A stretch of 64,000 nucleotides of DNA from Chloropicon primus (lineage: Eukaryota). Positions 11,310 through 23,712 of the stretch are shown piece after piece (position 1 is the stretch's first letter; each line of letters starts with the position of its first letter). The notes under the pieces are model-generated. The model did not search any database, had not been told where the DNA came from, and saw only the letters and a program-made list of their open reading frames with translations. The position numbers and the translations under genes are program-made. Location of the stretch: positions 186,001 through 250,000 of the forward strand of contig CP060773.1 of NCBI GenBank assembly GCA_023205875.1. Reading direction: 5' to 3'.

Positions 11310-11625
11310 GAGGCAGTTTGTTTGTTTGTTTGCGTGAGAGAATGCGCGCGTGTGTGTACGTGAAACACACGCACACAACACACACGTACTCGTGATACTC
11401 TCTCTCTCTCTCTCTCGTGATCGATCCAGGTGTAACAGGCAAGCGTCTGTCCGTCCGATTATTTTTCGATAAAGTAGATGTAAAATATAACGTCTCAAGG
11501 AACCCTCCTCCTCCTGCGCCTTCCCTGGCCAAGGAGGAGGAGAAGAAGCGTCCGAAAGGATCCCGTGGTGGTGGCATGCACCAACCCAAGGTTGCTGAGC
11601 CTCGTCTCGTCTCGTCTCTCCGGAG

Positions 11626-11708
11626 AGAAGCTCCTGGAACCGTCTGGCATCTTCCAGAATGGTCCGCGAGCCTTCCAGAACTTGCAGCTCCGGGGAGGCA
11701 TATATATA
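11626..11708 (+). promoter_or_regulatory. Heat-shock elements plus TATA box of HSP20
   Basis: AGAAG-CTCCT-GGAAC ... CTTCC-AGAAT ... CTTCC-AGAAC followed by TATATATA at 11701, about 150 bp before the ATG. Confidence 0.7.
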
Positions 11709-11857
11709 GGACGGATCATGATCCCGAGCACCATAATCATCGAGCACGCAGTCGAACAAGACCGAAGCAAGCAGACACACGAAGCAAACGCGAGCAAACA
11801 AACACAAAGCGAAACCTGATCCAAGGAGCACTTGAGCAAGCAAGCAAGGAATTCATC

Positions 11858-12304
11858 ATGGCACTCGTCTTTCCACACCAGAATATTTTGGAGCACGTCT
11901 TCGACGACTTGTTCTTCCCCCATCAGCAGGACCAGCCTTGCCACATGAGGGTGAGGAGAACCCAACAGCAGTGGCCGAGGCTCGACATCGTCGAGCACGA
12001 CAAGGAGTACAACGTCACCGTTGACGTCGCGGGCGTGCCAAAGCAGGAGCTCAAGGTCGAGGTGAACAAGGATGGCATCACCATCAGCTTCGACCACGAG
12101 GAGTCCAAGGAAGACACCGAGGCGAACGAGGGGAAGACCATCAGGAAGGAGAGAACCTACCGCTCCTTCAGGAGAACGATTGGCTTGCCCGCTGATGGCG
12201 CCGTCGACACCGAGAACGTCAAGGCAAACGTCAAGGATGGCGTCCTGTACCTCACCGTACCAAAGAGCCCAGAGAGAATTCCAAGAGCAGTCCCGATCGA
12301 GTAA
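11858..12304 (+). CDS. Small heat-shock protein (HSP20/alpha-crystallin)
   Basis: PRLDIVEHDKEYNVTVDVAGVPKQELKVEV...ERTYRSFRRTIGLP..VDTENVKANVKDGVLYLTVPK. Confidence 0.93.
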   Translation: MALVFPHQNILEHVFDDLFFPHQQDQPCHMRVRRTQQQWPRLDIVEHDKEYNVTVDVAGVPKQELKVEVNKDGITISFDHEESKEDTEANEGKTIRKERTYRSFRRTIGLPADGAVDTENVKANVKDGVLYLTVPKSPERIPRAVPIE

Positions 12305-12400
12305 ACAGAAACAGATCGCCTGCACCACTTTTCTTTAATCCATCATTTCATTCATTCCAAAGTTCGTCCCACCGTGCGCGGTCGACACCCTCACTCTCAT

Positions 12401-12735
12401 CACTCACCCTCATCATTACCCTCATCATCCTCTCTGCAGGGAACAAAAGTGAGCAAGTGAGGGCTCATTGGAAAGATGAAGAGACAATGCGTCCATCCCT
12501 CAATCCTTCTGTTGCCCTTTTCCGCTGTCCTCGTCTTGATCCCCTCCACCACCACCATCAACACCACTCACCCTCATCATTACCCTCATCATCCTCTCTG
12601 TAGGGAACAAAAGTGAGCAAGTGAGGGCTCATTGGAAAGAGAAAGAGATAATGCGTCCATCCCTCAATCCTTCTGTTGCCCTTTCCCCTTGCCCTCGTCT
12701 TGATCCCCTCCACCACCACCACCACTCCCCACCCT
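12401..12735. repeat. Tandem duplication of a ~164-bp unit (repeat family F)
   Basis: Two adjacent copies of ...GGAACAAAAGTGAGCAAGTGAGGGCTCATTGGAAAGA..GAGA.AATGCGTCCATCCCTC...; related tandem pair at ~14947-15230. Confidence 0.9.
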
Positions 12736-13042
12736 CCTCCACCCAAGATCTGCAAAAGGGAGTTTAAAACAAATTTAGAATTTTCAAAAGCGATCCTCAG
12801 ACAGCAGCAGCAGAGAACACGAAGGAGGCGAAGGTGAGTGTTGTCGACGAGGAGGGGGACGACGACGGGAGGCGACAGGGACAGGGAAGGACCCTCGCGT
12901 CTTCCTCCTCTCGTCCTCTTTCGAATGACCCCCTGGTCGAAGTGATCGAGACACTGACACAGCGATCCCGTCTGCTTTTCCTTCCATCAGCGACAAGAAC
13001 AGAGAAGACAGAGACAGTGACAGTGACAGAGAGAGAGAGACT

Positions 13043-14886
13043 ATGAGCATCATCAAAGGTAAGCGAGCGTTACGCGGACTCCCTCGAGAGTTACGAGACA
13101 CGCCTCCTTCGCCACCAAAAAAAAGAAAGCAAACTCTGTTGACGCGATCGACTTGACTCTCTCCCTCTCTCTCTCTGATCATGATCCAACATGATATGAT
13201 CATGATGATGATCATGATGATGATGATGATCGTCGTCGTCGTCGTCGTCGTCGTCTTCGTCGTCGTGCTTGGTGATGACGGTTCAGTCCAAGTGAAGTGG
13301 AAGAAGGGAAAGTACGATGTGGAAGTGGACACGGCGCAGCCGCCGAGCTTGTTCAAGATGCAGCTGTTTAGCCTGACTGGCGTCCCGCCGGAAAGGCAGA
13401 AGATATTGGTCAAGGGAGGGACCTTGAAGGACGACGGTGACTGGACCAAGGTAAGGCAAGGGAAAGGAACTGCCCTGGAGGCCGGATCAGGGCCCTGGAT
13501 GGATGGACTGACTTGTGGAGGGATGCTGCGTTTGCTCAGGTCGGCGTGAAAGCGAACCAGACGTTGATGATGATGGGTAGCGCGGAGCCTACGGCTGCGG
13601 AGGGTGACGCGGGGGCTTCGAACGGAGACACTGCTATGGAAGATGCGAGCAAAGGCCAGGTCGAGGCCGAGAGTGGCGAGAAGGGCGCCTCTGACGACAA
13701 GGGATCAAAGCCTTTTCAGCCACCTTGCGGTCTCACAAACCTCGGCAACACTTGCTACATGAACGCTACCATGCAGTGCCTTTACTCGATCGAGGAGCTC
13801 AAGACAGCTCTTAAGACTTACAACACAACGAGCCAGCTGGATCCGACGGCGAGGTTGACGGCCTCTGCGAGAGATCTCTTTCGCAAGATGGAGCTGGAGA
13901 CGTCCGGACAGCCTTCCATCTCGAGCGCCGGGGCCGGCAACCCAAGCGCCCAGAAGTTTGATCTGGACAACGAGGAGAAGGAGGAGGACGGCATGTACGA
14001 GGAGAAGAGCGTCACTCCGTCAGAGTTCTTGGCGAGCTTGAGGCAATCCTTTCCACAGTTCGCCCAGCAAGGAGCCGGCGGTTTGTACATGCAGCAGGAT
14101 GCGGAAGAATGTTACAGTCAGGTGCTGAACGCCTTGAGGGAGAAGTTGGACACGAGCGGCGACAAGAAAGACGTCAAGGACTTGTTTGGGATCGACATGG
14201 AGACGAACTTGGTGTGCGAGGAGAGCAAGGAGGAGGTGAACGAGAAGTCTACTCTGTACACTTTCAAGTGCAACATCTCCCAAGAGGTGAACCATTTGCA
14301 CGACGGCTTCAGGCTCAGTCTCTGCGAGGACAGAGAGAAGCACTCCCAAGCGCTCGGCCGAATGGCGCTCTTCAAGGGAGTCAGCAAGATCAACACGCTG
14401 CCAAAGTATCTCTCGGTCCAGCTGGTCAGGTTCTTGTACAGGAGGGACACCCAATCCAAGGCCAAGATCCTCAGGAGGGTCGGCTTCCCCCTGCAGATGC
14501 TCGACGTCTTCGAGTTCTGCTCGGACGAGTTGAAGGGCACCTTGGAAACGGGTAGAAAGACGTGGCAAAAGATGGAGGACGAGAAGGCGGAGTTGGCCAA
14601 GAAGCGAAGGACTGGGGAGAGCGGAGAGAGCCAGGAATCCCAGACCAGCGTCGTTATCGGGGACTCGAACCACACCGGTTTCTACGACCTGCACGCCATC
14701 ATCACTCACAAGGGAAGGAACGCGGACAGCGGTCACTACGTGAGTTGGGTCAAGAGAGACGGACAGTGGGTCGAGTTCGATGACGATGACGTCTATCCTG
14801 TCACGGATGAAGACATTCAGAAGCTTGATGGTGGTGGGGACTGGCACATGGCTTACGTTTGCATCTACAAAGCTCGCTTGGTCTAA
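13043..14886 (+). CDS. UBP6: Ubiquitin carboxyl-terminal hydrolase 6 (UBP6/USP14), 3 exons
   Basis: UBL domain (FKMQLFSLTGVPPERQKILVKGG), Cys box GLTNLGNTCYMN, QQDAEEC, His box HKGRNADSGHYVSW, GGGDWHMAY. Introns 13059-13286 and 13451-13539. Confidence 0.95.
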
Positions 14887-14946
14887 TCATTCTTCAATCA
14901 CAAAAAAATCTTCACAAAAATCCATCGCCTGGAAGCCTCCTCCTCG

Positions 14947-15230
14947 CCAAGTGAGGGCTCATTGGAAAGAGGAAGAGACGATGCGTCCATCCCTCTGTCT
15001 CCCTCCTCCTCTCCCTCCCCTCACCTGCCACCATCACCCCCATCATCACCAGCACCAACACCAACACCCTCATTACCCTCATCATCCTCTCTCTCTGTAG
15101 GAAACAAAAGTGAGCAAGTGATGGCTCATTGGAAAGAGGAAGAGACGATGCGTCCATCCCTCTGTCTCCCTCCTCCTCTCCCTCCCCTCACCCGCCACCA
15201 TCACCCCCATCATCCCCAGCACCACCCCTT
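14947..15230. repeat. Tandem duplication of a ~167-bp unit (repeat family F)
   Basis: Two copies of CAAGTGA.GGCTCATTGGAAAGAGGAAGAGACGATGCGTCCATCCCTCTGTCTCCCTCCTCCTCTCC... Confidence 0.9.
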
Positions 15231-15288
15231 CGCGCTTCAGTTTTCATCTCCCAGAGAGAGAGGAGATCAAAGCGGGAGGTGAGGTGCC

Positions 15289-16689
15289 ATGACGACGCGG
15301 GACGGGATCCTGAAAGCCTCCCTTGTTGTCCTCGTCGCCTCCGTCGCCATCACCCTGCTCCCTCGCTCCCCGCACCTCGTCTCCCTCCAACGAGACCAAC
15401 AACAACTCGAGAAAGTGTTGAGGAGGATGGAGGAACTCGTTCCATCATCTTCATCTTCATCTTCATCTTCATCTTCATCACCATCATCTTCATCATCATC
15501 GTCGTCAAGCGCAAGGACCGTCGAGGAGGAAGGACGCATCGCATCGATGAAGAGGAACGACGACGAGGACGACGAGGAGGAGAGGATCCCGAAGCTGCTT
15601 CACTTCACGTGGAAGACGGATGACTTGTCTGCCATCCCAAAACACTTTCGAGATTTTCACTTGAGGTGGAAGGAGGTGAACCCAACCTGGGATGCGAAGA
15701 TTTGGACGGATGATGACATTCTTGTCCTTGTGGAGAGGTGAGATCCGAAATGGTGGACGCCAACATCGTGATTCCCCTTTGGTTTCTTTCATTCTGGTTT
15801 TGAGTTGGACACTGACACCTACGCCGACCGTGGACGCTAACCCACTCCCTCCCTTGCTCTCTCTCTCTCTCTCTCTCTCTTGCTCTCGTCAAGACACTAC
15901 CCCAAGTGGTTGAGGATCATGAAGAGGAAGCTGCTGGCACCTGTTGTCAAGGCAGACATCTTTCGGTACATGCTCATGGACCGCTTCGGTGGTGTGTACG
16001 CGGACATGGATATGGAGCCCATCAAGCCGATGGAAGAACTGATACGGTGAGTGTCGTTGCTCTCTTCGATCTGTGAGCGTTGCTCCACCAGACTGTGTTT
16101 GTTCTCTGACTCTCCTTGCATGTGCAACAGGACGCTTGGCTACCCCACTTGCATCTTGGGACAGGAGCCAAGAGAACATGCTTTGCTCTTGGAAGAGCAA
16201 GAAGTCCTGGTCTGCAACGCCGTGCTCGTCAGCGTGCCCGGCCACCCTCTGTGGCAGGAAGTGCTGGAGAGCATCTACCTCCGCATGACAACCGGATGGA
16301 TGAAGTATCATCCCAACCCAAATCCAGTGGAACTGACGGGCCCGAAGAAACTGACGCAAGTTTTGGAAGCGACTAATGAGAAACTTTCCGGTGCTTGCGA
16401 GTTGCTCGAGCCCGACGTGTTCTACCCCCTGGCGGATAACTCTGCTTCCTTGGACAAGCGATGTATTTCTCTTCTGAAGAGAATGGATCACCAAGGTCGT
16501 GGTGACAGTGAGAGGGCGAGAAACGTGGCGAACGCGTGCGGAAGGGTGCTGCGGGCTCTGGAAAAACAGATCCAGAGAGCCAAGGGACTGCAGGTAGAGC
16601 CAGAATACCCCGACGCCACCTATGCGGTCCACCACTGGACCCACACGTGGATTTCGAGGCACAAGAAAGAGCTTCAGAGTCATGTGTAG
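15289..16689 (+). CDS. Glycosyltransferase family 32 (OCH1/SUR1-like, DxD), type II membrane, spliced
   Basis: N-terminal TM; IPKLLHFTWK..WKEVNPTW..WTDDD; KADIFRY..GGVYADMD; NAVLVSVPGHPLW; TGP; YAVHHW. Introns ~15738-15893 and ~16047-16130. Confidence 0.88.
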
Positions 16690-19600
16690 AAGTGTACAGT
16701 ATCTATGTGACAACATAATGTAACTCTCTGTTTTGTTTACAATTCTTGTGATACAGCCGAGGACTTGATGTACCTGCAAGTGTGGGAGGACGGCAGCAGC
16801 AAAAAAAAGTCAGTGTCCGGTCGCGCAAACAAGCAAGGTATCCATTTGCCAAACAAAGTTGTGGTGATGTTCATGAGTTGGTAAGGGGGTGTGAACACTG
16901 AGAAAGATCGCATCGCCCAGCTACTCATCAATAGTTTCCTTTGCCATCATTAAGGAAGCCTCGTTTTGCAATTTGAGTGTGCTAAGCAAGGGGCAATATG
17001 TGGCGCCGTCGTCGAAACCAAAAGAGTCTCTCCTTCACTCACCGTCTTGCCTACATCCTCCTCGGGGGGTTGTCTACACCCTCCGCGTGAGCGAGGCCCT
17101 GGCTTTCCCCCTTGAAACAAGAAGCAGTGGAGAGAATGTCAGCAATTGATAATTCAGCTTACTCATTTCAAGTCGTAAGCAAACTCAACATCATGCTAGA
17201 ACTTTAGACCCGTTGGGGAACTCATCACACACGGTTATAGTTGCGACGAGGGAAGAATTTAGGGTCAGAGATGCCTGCAGACTCGTCCTGGGCTTACCTG
17301 AAATTGCCTGGGCCCTTCCCATCCCAGGGCCTTGCCCCTTCCGCCGAAAAGCTGCGCCGGACTCAACGTAGCGCGTCGTCCCTGGAAAAAGAAAAAAAAC
17401 AGGATGAGTTCGAACGTTTAGTCCAGTGCCTGGCAGAAAGCATGTCTGCGGCCGTGCTCCCTCACACTCAAAAACCTTCATCTCCTTGGGTGGGTAAATC
17501 AGAGAAATGAATGGAATTGCCTCAAAGGGTCTTTAAACACCGCAACATAAAAACTCAATACGAGTCCTATGCTACCGCTTCAGACATCTAATTGTGTCAT
17601 CACTTTTACCCTGTATAGAGCTCCGCACCAACACTTCCTCGATCGTGAATACTGCATCGCGCGATACTTTTCAAGGCTTCAGCTCTGGTGCCAACCAAAG
17701 TTTATCTACAAATTGAATTCAGACGGTAATTCCAATGCGTTGTATCGTCATCAGCCCCACAGTGAAAGTATCGCAGCAGCAGTGGACCTTGGCGTGTGTC
17801 TTGTGTGTGCGGACCTCATCCCAGTTCGATAAAGGTAATGCACTCTTGTTCGTTCAGTACTTCTTAGAGGATAAATGCCATCATCAGACGCCTGCTAAAA
17901 CGTCTTAAGAGGATTGACAGTTAAAAGATGTCATCCCCACGAACGCAGATGCTTTTGTTTTTGAGTTCCTGTCTTCGGATCGACACGAAAGGCGCTCTCG
18001 GATGACCCAGTAATCATGTTGGAATGATCATACGGCACTTCCTATTTTTTTTAACGGTTGTGTTTTCGTCACAGAGCTCTCTCTCTCTCTCTCTTTCTCT
18101 CTCGTCTTCTTCTTCGACAGGCAGCGGAGAAGAAGGAGTCCCTTTTGCGTGCGGGCACTTACATCTCTACGCTGAATCTGATGGAGGTGGTGAAGGAAAA
18201 AGCAAAGAGTCAGCAAATGGCTTCTTTGCTTTCGAGATTTTTGCATCAGCAATGGCACCAATACCCAATCTAAACACTGGGACACTAGCTTCCTAAGATG
18301 AGTTGGTCGTTCGACTCAATGTAAGCCAGCCTTTAGCGATATGACATCAGAACTAAAATTCAGCACACCGTGGCAAGGAGGCTAAGGTCTTCTTCATCTC
18401 TTTCGAGCGGTTGGGTGAGCACGTCAGATCACCTCCTTACCTTGTTCGTGGCACGAAGGAAAAGCTCGTCGCCGCCTCTCGCGCGTGTGGAGCAACGAAC
18501 TGAACGAAAACCGTTTTGTCAGAATCACCCGCAAGTTTACGAGGACAAAGAATGTTGGGCATACATAGACACATGAAGACGTACGGGAGAATGTACAAAC
18601 GTCTTATGCAACACGATGCCAAAACCATAGGCACAGTATTTAGCACACCAAAGTGGGACCCTCGCTGGTGTGGAAAATAGAAACCTAGGAGAGTCCGGGG
18701 TATAAATGTGTGCATGTGTGATGGCGCAGGTCGCCCCCTCGCACGGTTGTCTTACCTTCCCTCTTCGTACCTTCGCAGCCACGGAACTCGAGAGAAAGCC
18801 GAGGCCGTTTGTTTTACCTGGAAGAATGAGAACGAAGAAGCCAAGAGCAAAAGAGTCAGCCACTGGTTCTCTGCAAAGCGTTTTCGCGAAAACATACGAA
18901 TATTCCAGTGAGACAGGTCGGCGCTGCAAGTGGAGAAAACAAGCAAGCGAACGCCGGTTTAAAACTGGATGAAAACGTTTTCATTGTATGCTCCCCAAGC
19001 TAACCTTGTTCACAACAACTCCCGTGAAGGAGTTTTAGAAACAACAACGCAGCGAGAATCCCATTTTGCCTCTTGGGACCTCCGTGAAGAGCAATAGGAC
19101 CGATCGGACGCGGTTTCGAGGACGGGAGGCACTTACATGAAGATGGTGAGCGGCTACCGGACCCACATCAACGCTGCTGGGACTCACGAGGACCTGAAGT
19201 GGTTTGAGGGGACCAGAGAGGCGCGGTGTGTTAGTCAAGCGAGGCAGGACGCAAGCAAATCGGCAGGAGGACTGTATCCTGGCTGTAGACCTTAGCACCA
19301 TGAACTGGTGGTCAGGAGGATTTTATCAGGAATATTTCCTTGTCGCCCAACTACACAAGTAAGCGTCCAGCTAGCATTCTAGTGGCATAGCCAGACGTGT
19401 TGGAAGGGACTCGACTCTCTCTCTCTCTCTCTCTCTCGTTCGTTCTCGGTGCCCTCGGGACCGCAAAGACCAGAGAGAGAGGTGGTGGTGAGCTTCCGAG
19501 GCAAAACCATTGAGCTGGTATCGGAGACAACATTCTTTTGAGGCCTTCCGGAGCCAAAAAAAAATCATCTCACGACCCAACCCAAAAACCTAAAACCAAG

Positions 19601-20680
19601 CAAAGCTTGGCAGCAGGGGGAAGTGAGACAAGCTTCGGGAATGAAAGCAGAGCTCCGTGTTGCTATGATAATAATTCGATTCCGTTGCTGCACGTCTATC
19701 ACCACATCGTATAGGTCTGCAGAGGGAGCGTGCGATTTCATCATAGCTCTTCTTTCTCTTCCGAATGCAGTGGACCACGGCATGGCATGCCCTCGGTCCT
19801 TCCCACCTCAAGGTTTTCCTCCACGAAGCTTACCGTCGCGTGTCACCACGGACGCCAAAATTTTCGTGCGAACACTCGTTGGAAAGATCGAAAGAAGGTC
19901 TTTCGAATAAAACTGACCTCCCAACCTTCCACTCTCGTAATCGAGCGCTCTCAGGCCGCGAAACACGCCGACGTACCTTTGGCTCCCCTGGCCGCCGCCA
20001 TCCGACTGCATTTCTCCATTTCTTCAAATTTGAAGTTCAGCAGAGGGAAATGGAAATTGAGTGTAAACCTAATTTCCCGTTGGAAAAAAATTTTCGGAGT
20101 CAGAGCCAAAGGTGAAGTGCCAGGGGGAGGAGGTGAACACGAAAGGTGAGTTTCAGGACGGAAGTTGAGGAGGACGGAGGTAAACACTTCGCAAGAGAGT
20201 TACATCATTGGAACAAGCGTCTCGTCTTCTTTCCAATGATGTGCTTCATGCGTGGTTTGGTGAAGTTTGGATACTAACTTTGTCCGCATGAAGTGTCTCG
20301 CTTGGGACCCAGAAGTGAAACACAGAAGGTGAGTTTCAGGAAGGATGTTGAGGGTGACGGAGGGGAACACTTCCCGTAAAGGTGGCATCATCGGACGCAC
20401 CTTGCTCTCCTCTTTCGATTGGTGTACCGCATGCCACGAGTTCTGAAGTTTCGGACCCACCTTTGGTGCTGACAAGACAGTCTCCTGCCTCCTCTTGCAG
20501 AGAGACAGACCCAACAGGGGGACAGGTGCTGGCCACAGGAGGAGAGAGGGTGAAGCAGGAGGCGATGCCGTGGACCTTCTGAAGGGGAAGTCAATTCTAG
20601 AGAGCGGAGCCTGGCCATTGAAGACGAACGGAGAGAGACAGAGAGAGAGACAGAGAGAGAGGGGAAGGTGACCACCAAAG

Positions 20681-21367
20681 ATGAACAACCAGTTCATGGG
20701 TCAAGGAGGCTTCAGGCCAGATATGCAAGCACAAGCAGGACCGAGCTTCCAGCAAGGGATGGGCCCAATGTCGATGAGTCCACAACAGATGCAGCAGATG
20801 GACCCTAGTGGCATGGGTATGGGCATGATGGGACCGCCTATGACGAGTCCTGGAGGAGGAGGAGGAGGCACGACGTACACTGGTCCTTACCCATGGAAGC
20901 AAGGAGTGTGCGAGTGCACACAGAGCGGAGACATTTGCATGGAGGGTTTCTTCTGCCTCCCTTGCCTTTACGGCTCGACGGTGTCCAAAGTTCAAGGAAC
21001 ACCGTGCCTGCAACCGACGGTCGCCTTTGCTTTCAGCATGCTCTTCTGCGCGTGTTCCTTCGTAGGAGCAAAGTCAAGGAAGGACATTAGAGTCAAGTTC
21101 AACCTCGTATCAGAACCATTCAGTGACTGGCTCACTTACTTTTTGTATCCTTTCTGCACAGTGTGTCAGGAAGCGTACGAGCTGAGAGCAAGAGGTTTCG
21201 GTTCACAGTTTGGTCCTCCTATGGGTGGCATGATGGGTGGTAGCATGATGGGTGGACACCCTATGATGTCTCCGCCTGGACAGGTCATGATGCCTCCACC
21301 TCCTGGACAGATGGGTATGCCCACTCCAGGAAGCATGTACCAACAACAACAACCTGGCCGGTTCTAG
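20681..21367 (+). CDS. PLAC8-family Cys-rich membrane protein with M/G/P/Q-rich ends
   Basis: WKQGVCEC..CMEGFFCLPCLYG..RKDIRVKFNL..DWL...PFCTVCQEAYEL. Confidence 0.85.
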   Translation: MNNQFMGQGGFRPDMQAQAGPSFQQGMGPMSMSPQQMQQMDPSGMGMGMMGPPMTSPGGGGGGTTYTGPYPWKQGVCECTQSGDICMEGFFCLPCLYGSTVSKVQGTPCLQPTVAFAFSMLFCACSFVGAKSRKDIRVKFNLVSEPFSDWLTYFLYPFCTVCQEAYELRARGFGSQFGPPMGGMMGGSMMGGHPMMSPPGQVMMPPPPGQMGMPTPGSMYQQQQPGRF

Positions 21368-21865
21368 GACCCACGATAACCGACGACGATAACCGACGAC
21401 GACGAGGAGGACGACGACGACGACGGTCCAACACAACACAGCACACAAAAGTAAAAAGTTATAATGCACCTAACCTAAAAGCAAGGAAGAAGAGGACGGT
21501 GAATGGTGGTGAGTGAGCGAGACGCAGGGCACACAGGAGTAGTAGGATGGATGGATGGATGGATGCATTGTCTCTTCCTCTTTCCAAACAACCAAGCCAC
21601 TCCTCCACTTGCATCCATGCATTCCCTAGAGACAGAGACAGAGACAGAGGACAGAGACAGAAGCTGTTAATGATGGATGGATGGTGATGGTGGTGGTGGT
21701 GGTGGTGGTGATTGCCCATGCCAGGCTTCCATCTTTCCTTTCCTCTCCTCTTGTCTCTCCCGCCTGCTTCCGCTTCCTTCCAAGAGAGACAGAGGAGCCC
21801 ATCGGTGAGAGAGCAGACAGAAGCAAGAGGAGCACCACCGAGCCATCCATCCACCTCCTGCTGCC

Positions 21866-21900
<35 letters not shown>

Positions 21901-22020
21901 TGAAAGGATGAAGAGACACGTGGAGGAGGAAGAGGCTTCGTAATTGACTTTTTTGGTTCACCTCCTCTTCATCTTCTCATCTTCTCAGCTTCATCTTCAG
22001 CTTCCGTTTGACTGTGTGGC

Positions 22021-22467
22021 ATGATGAAGTCTGGTGGTGATGGGAACGTGAAGCGAGGGTTCTCGAGCCGCTTGAGTTCGATGAAGTTCATGCAACGTGG
22101 CAGAGGGAGTGACAAGTCGAAGAAGGATGCCAGTGACGTGAAGAGGGGCAAGGAATGCAGCAGTACCGTGATGGACAAGGGCAAGGAGAAGGAGAAGCTG
22201 AGGGTTGTGGTGGAATCGGATCCTTTGCCACGAGGGAGGACAACCGGTCGGTTAAGTTTTGGTAGCAAGAAGAAGACCAAGGAGATGGATGATGGCTCCC
22301 CTGATGCTAATGTTAAGGAACCTCTTGGTGCTGAGGTCAAGAACCCAACGTATGATGAAGGGGAGCAAGACAGGAGCAAGGGCAAGAGGAAAGCAGAGAG
22401 GAGTTTCATGAAACCTGCAGGAGCAGGAGACGTGAAAAAGTTCACGAAACGTTCTAAGAAAGTTTAG
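22021..22467 (+). CDS. MPP6: M-phase phosphoprotein 6-like exosome cofactor
   Basis: SSRLSSMKFMQR and GRLSFGS motifs in a small basic protein. Confidence 0.65.
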   Translation: MMKSGGDGNVKRGFSSRLSSMKFMQRGRGSDKSKKDASDVKRGKECSSTVMDKGKEKEKLRVVVESDPLPRGRTTGRLSFGSKKKTKEMDDGSPDANVKEPLGAEVKNPTYDEGEQDRSKGKRKAERSFMKPAGAGDVKKFTKRSKKV

Positions 22468-22591
22468 ATCCATCGTGCCAGGGAAACAAAAACACTTCTC
22501 TAACAGTGCAATTGCAAATTCTTTTTAAAGCGGTGGGCTGCTGGCCTTGGCTGCTGTTCACTTTCACTGGTTCACTGGTTCCTATGGCGCT

Positions 22592-23712
22592 TCACTTGCC
22601 ATAAGGCAGCGTGTCCATGGAAGAATCAAAGGGGACGCTGGAGTTGGGAGAACCCACGAACGGATCTGCTGGAGGGCTAGGAGCGCTCAGCAGGGGTGAG
22701 GTCGTGGGAGCTTGCGTGCTCGGGGGTGGTATCTCGTCCTCCAACTGGATGAGAGGTGGAGGTTCGAGAGCCTCGATGCTATCGAGGTGGTCACCTCCCT
22801 CAGTGGGAGGGGCTCCATCGTTCGGCTGGGGAGCACTCGACTGAGGCTGGCTGCCACCTTCCGAAGCTTTCTTGTACTCGCCCAAGCACGAGTCGAGCAT
22901 ATCCTTTGCTTCCAAGGCGTCTGCGAGGGCGGACTCGGACGCGGCTTGATCTCCGCCGATGCCTTCGATCTGGTTGCGAATGGACCCCCTGAGCTGGCTG
23001 TTGAGCATCTCAGCCTTCTGGACAAGGTCTTGCATCTGGGCGGCCATCGCAGGGTCCTGCGAACAGGGGAAGCGGAAGGAGGTGCACGAGCAGCGGAGCC
23101 CTCCGGCGTCAGCAAGCGAGAAGCCAGTCAGTCCCTCTCTTCGTCTTCGACTTTACCTTGTCACCGCAGCCCGACTGGAAAGCGATGGTCTCCCACAGAA
23201 GCTCCGCAGCCTCCCTCGCCAGCAGCGTCGTCTGCACCATCATCTCAGCCTGGCCGACGACGACAAGCAGAGGAAGAAACTCTTCACGTCAGTTCAAGCG
23301 GTGACACAACAAACAAAGGGAAGGGAAGGGAAGGGAAGGAGACCACCAAAAAGTGTTTCTCTCTTACCTCAGAAGGAACTTCCGCCATCCCAGGCACCAC
23401 TCCACTCGTCCTGGGAACCGGAGCGACATAGTTCGCGGAACGGTGGGAACTCGAGTCCTGTCCAATCGTCGTCCCATCACCCTCTTCGGAAAGCAAAGAC
23501 TCGTTCAAGTTGTTGTACGCTCCAGCGTGAGACATGTCTCCCCTCCCTTGACCGGTCAACACCCTCTTCGCTTTCTCTCCGAAAGCGCTCAACCTCTCGG
23601 ACAACTTGCTCATCTCTTGCGCTGCTCTCGTTCTGATCCTCGTCGCTGCGCTCTCTCTCTCACGGAAACCTAACTCCGCCGACCTCATGTGGTAGTCATC
23701 CGCCGCCATCAT
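22592..23712 (-). CDS. Hypothetical protein with GAT-like helical domain, 3 exons
   Basis: Spliced reading AREAAELLWETI..MQDLVQKAEMLNSQLRGSI..ESALADALEAKDMLDSCLGEY resembles TOM1/GGA GAT domains. Introns ~23058-23156 and ~23283-23367. Confidence 0.5.

Noticed and set aside
12401..15230. Repeated ~35-bp motifs as a CRISPR-like array
   Set aside because: Only two units per site, spacers are homologous, the host is eukaryotic and there are no cas genes.
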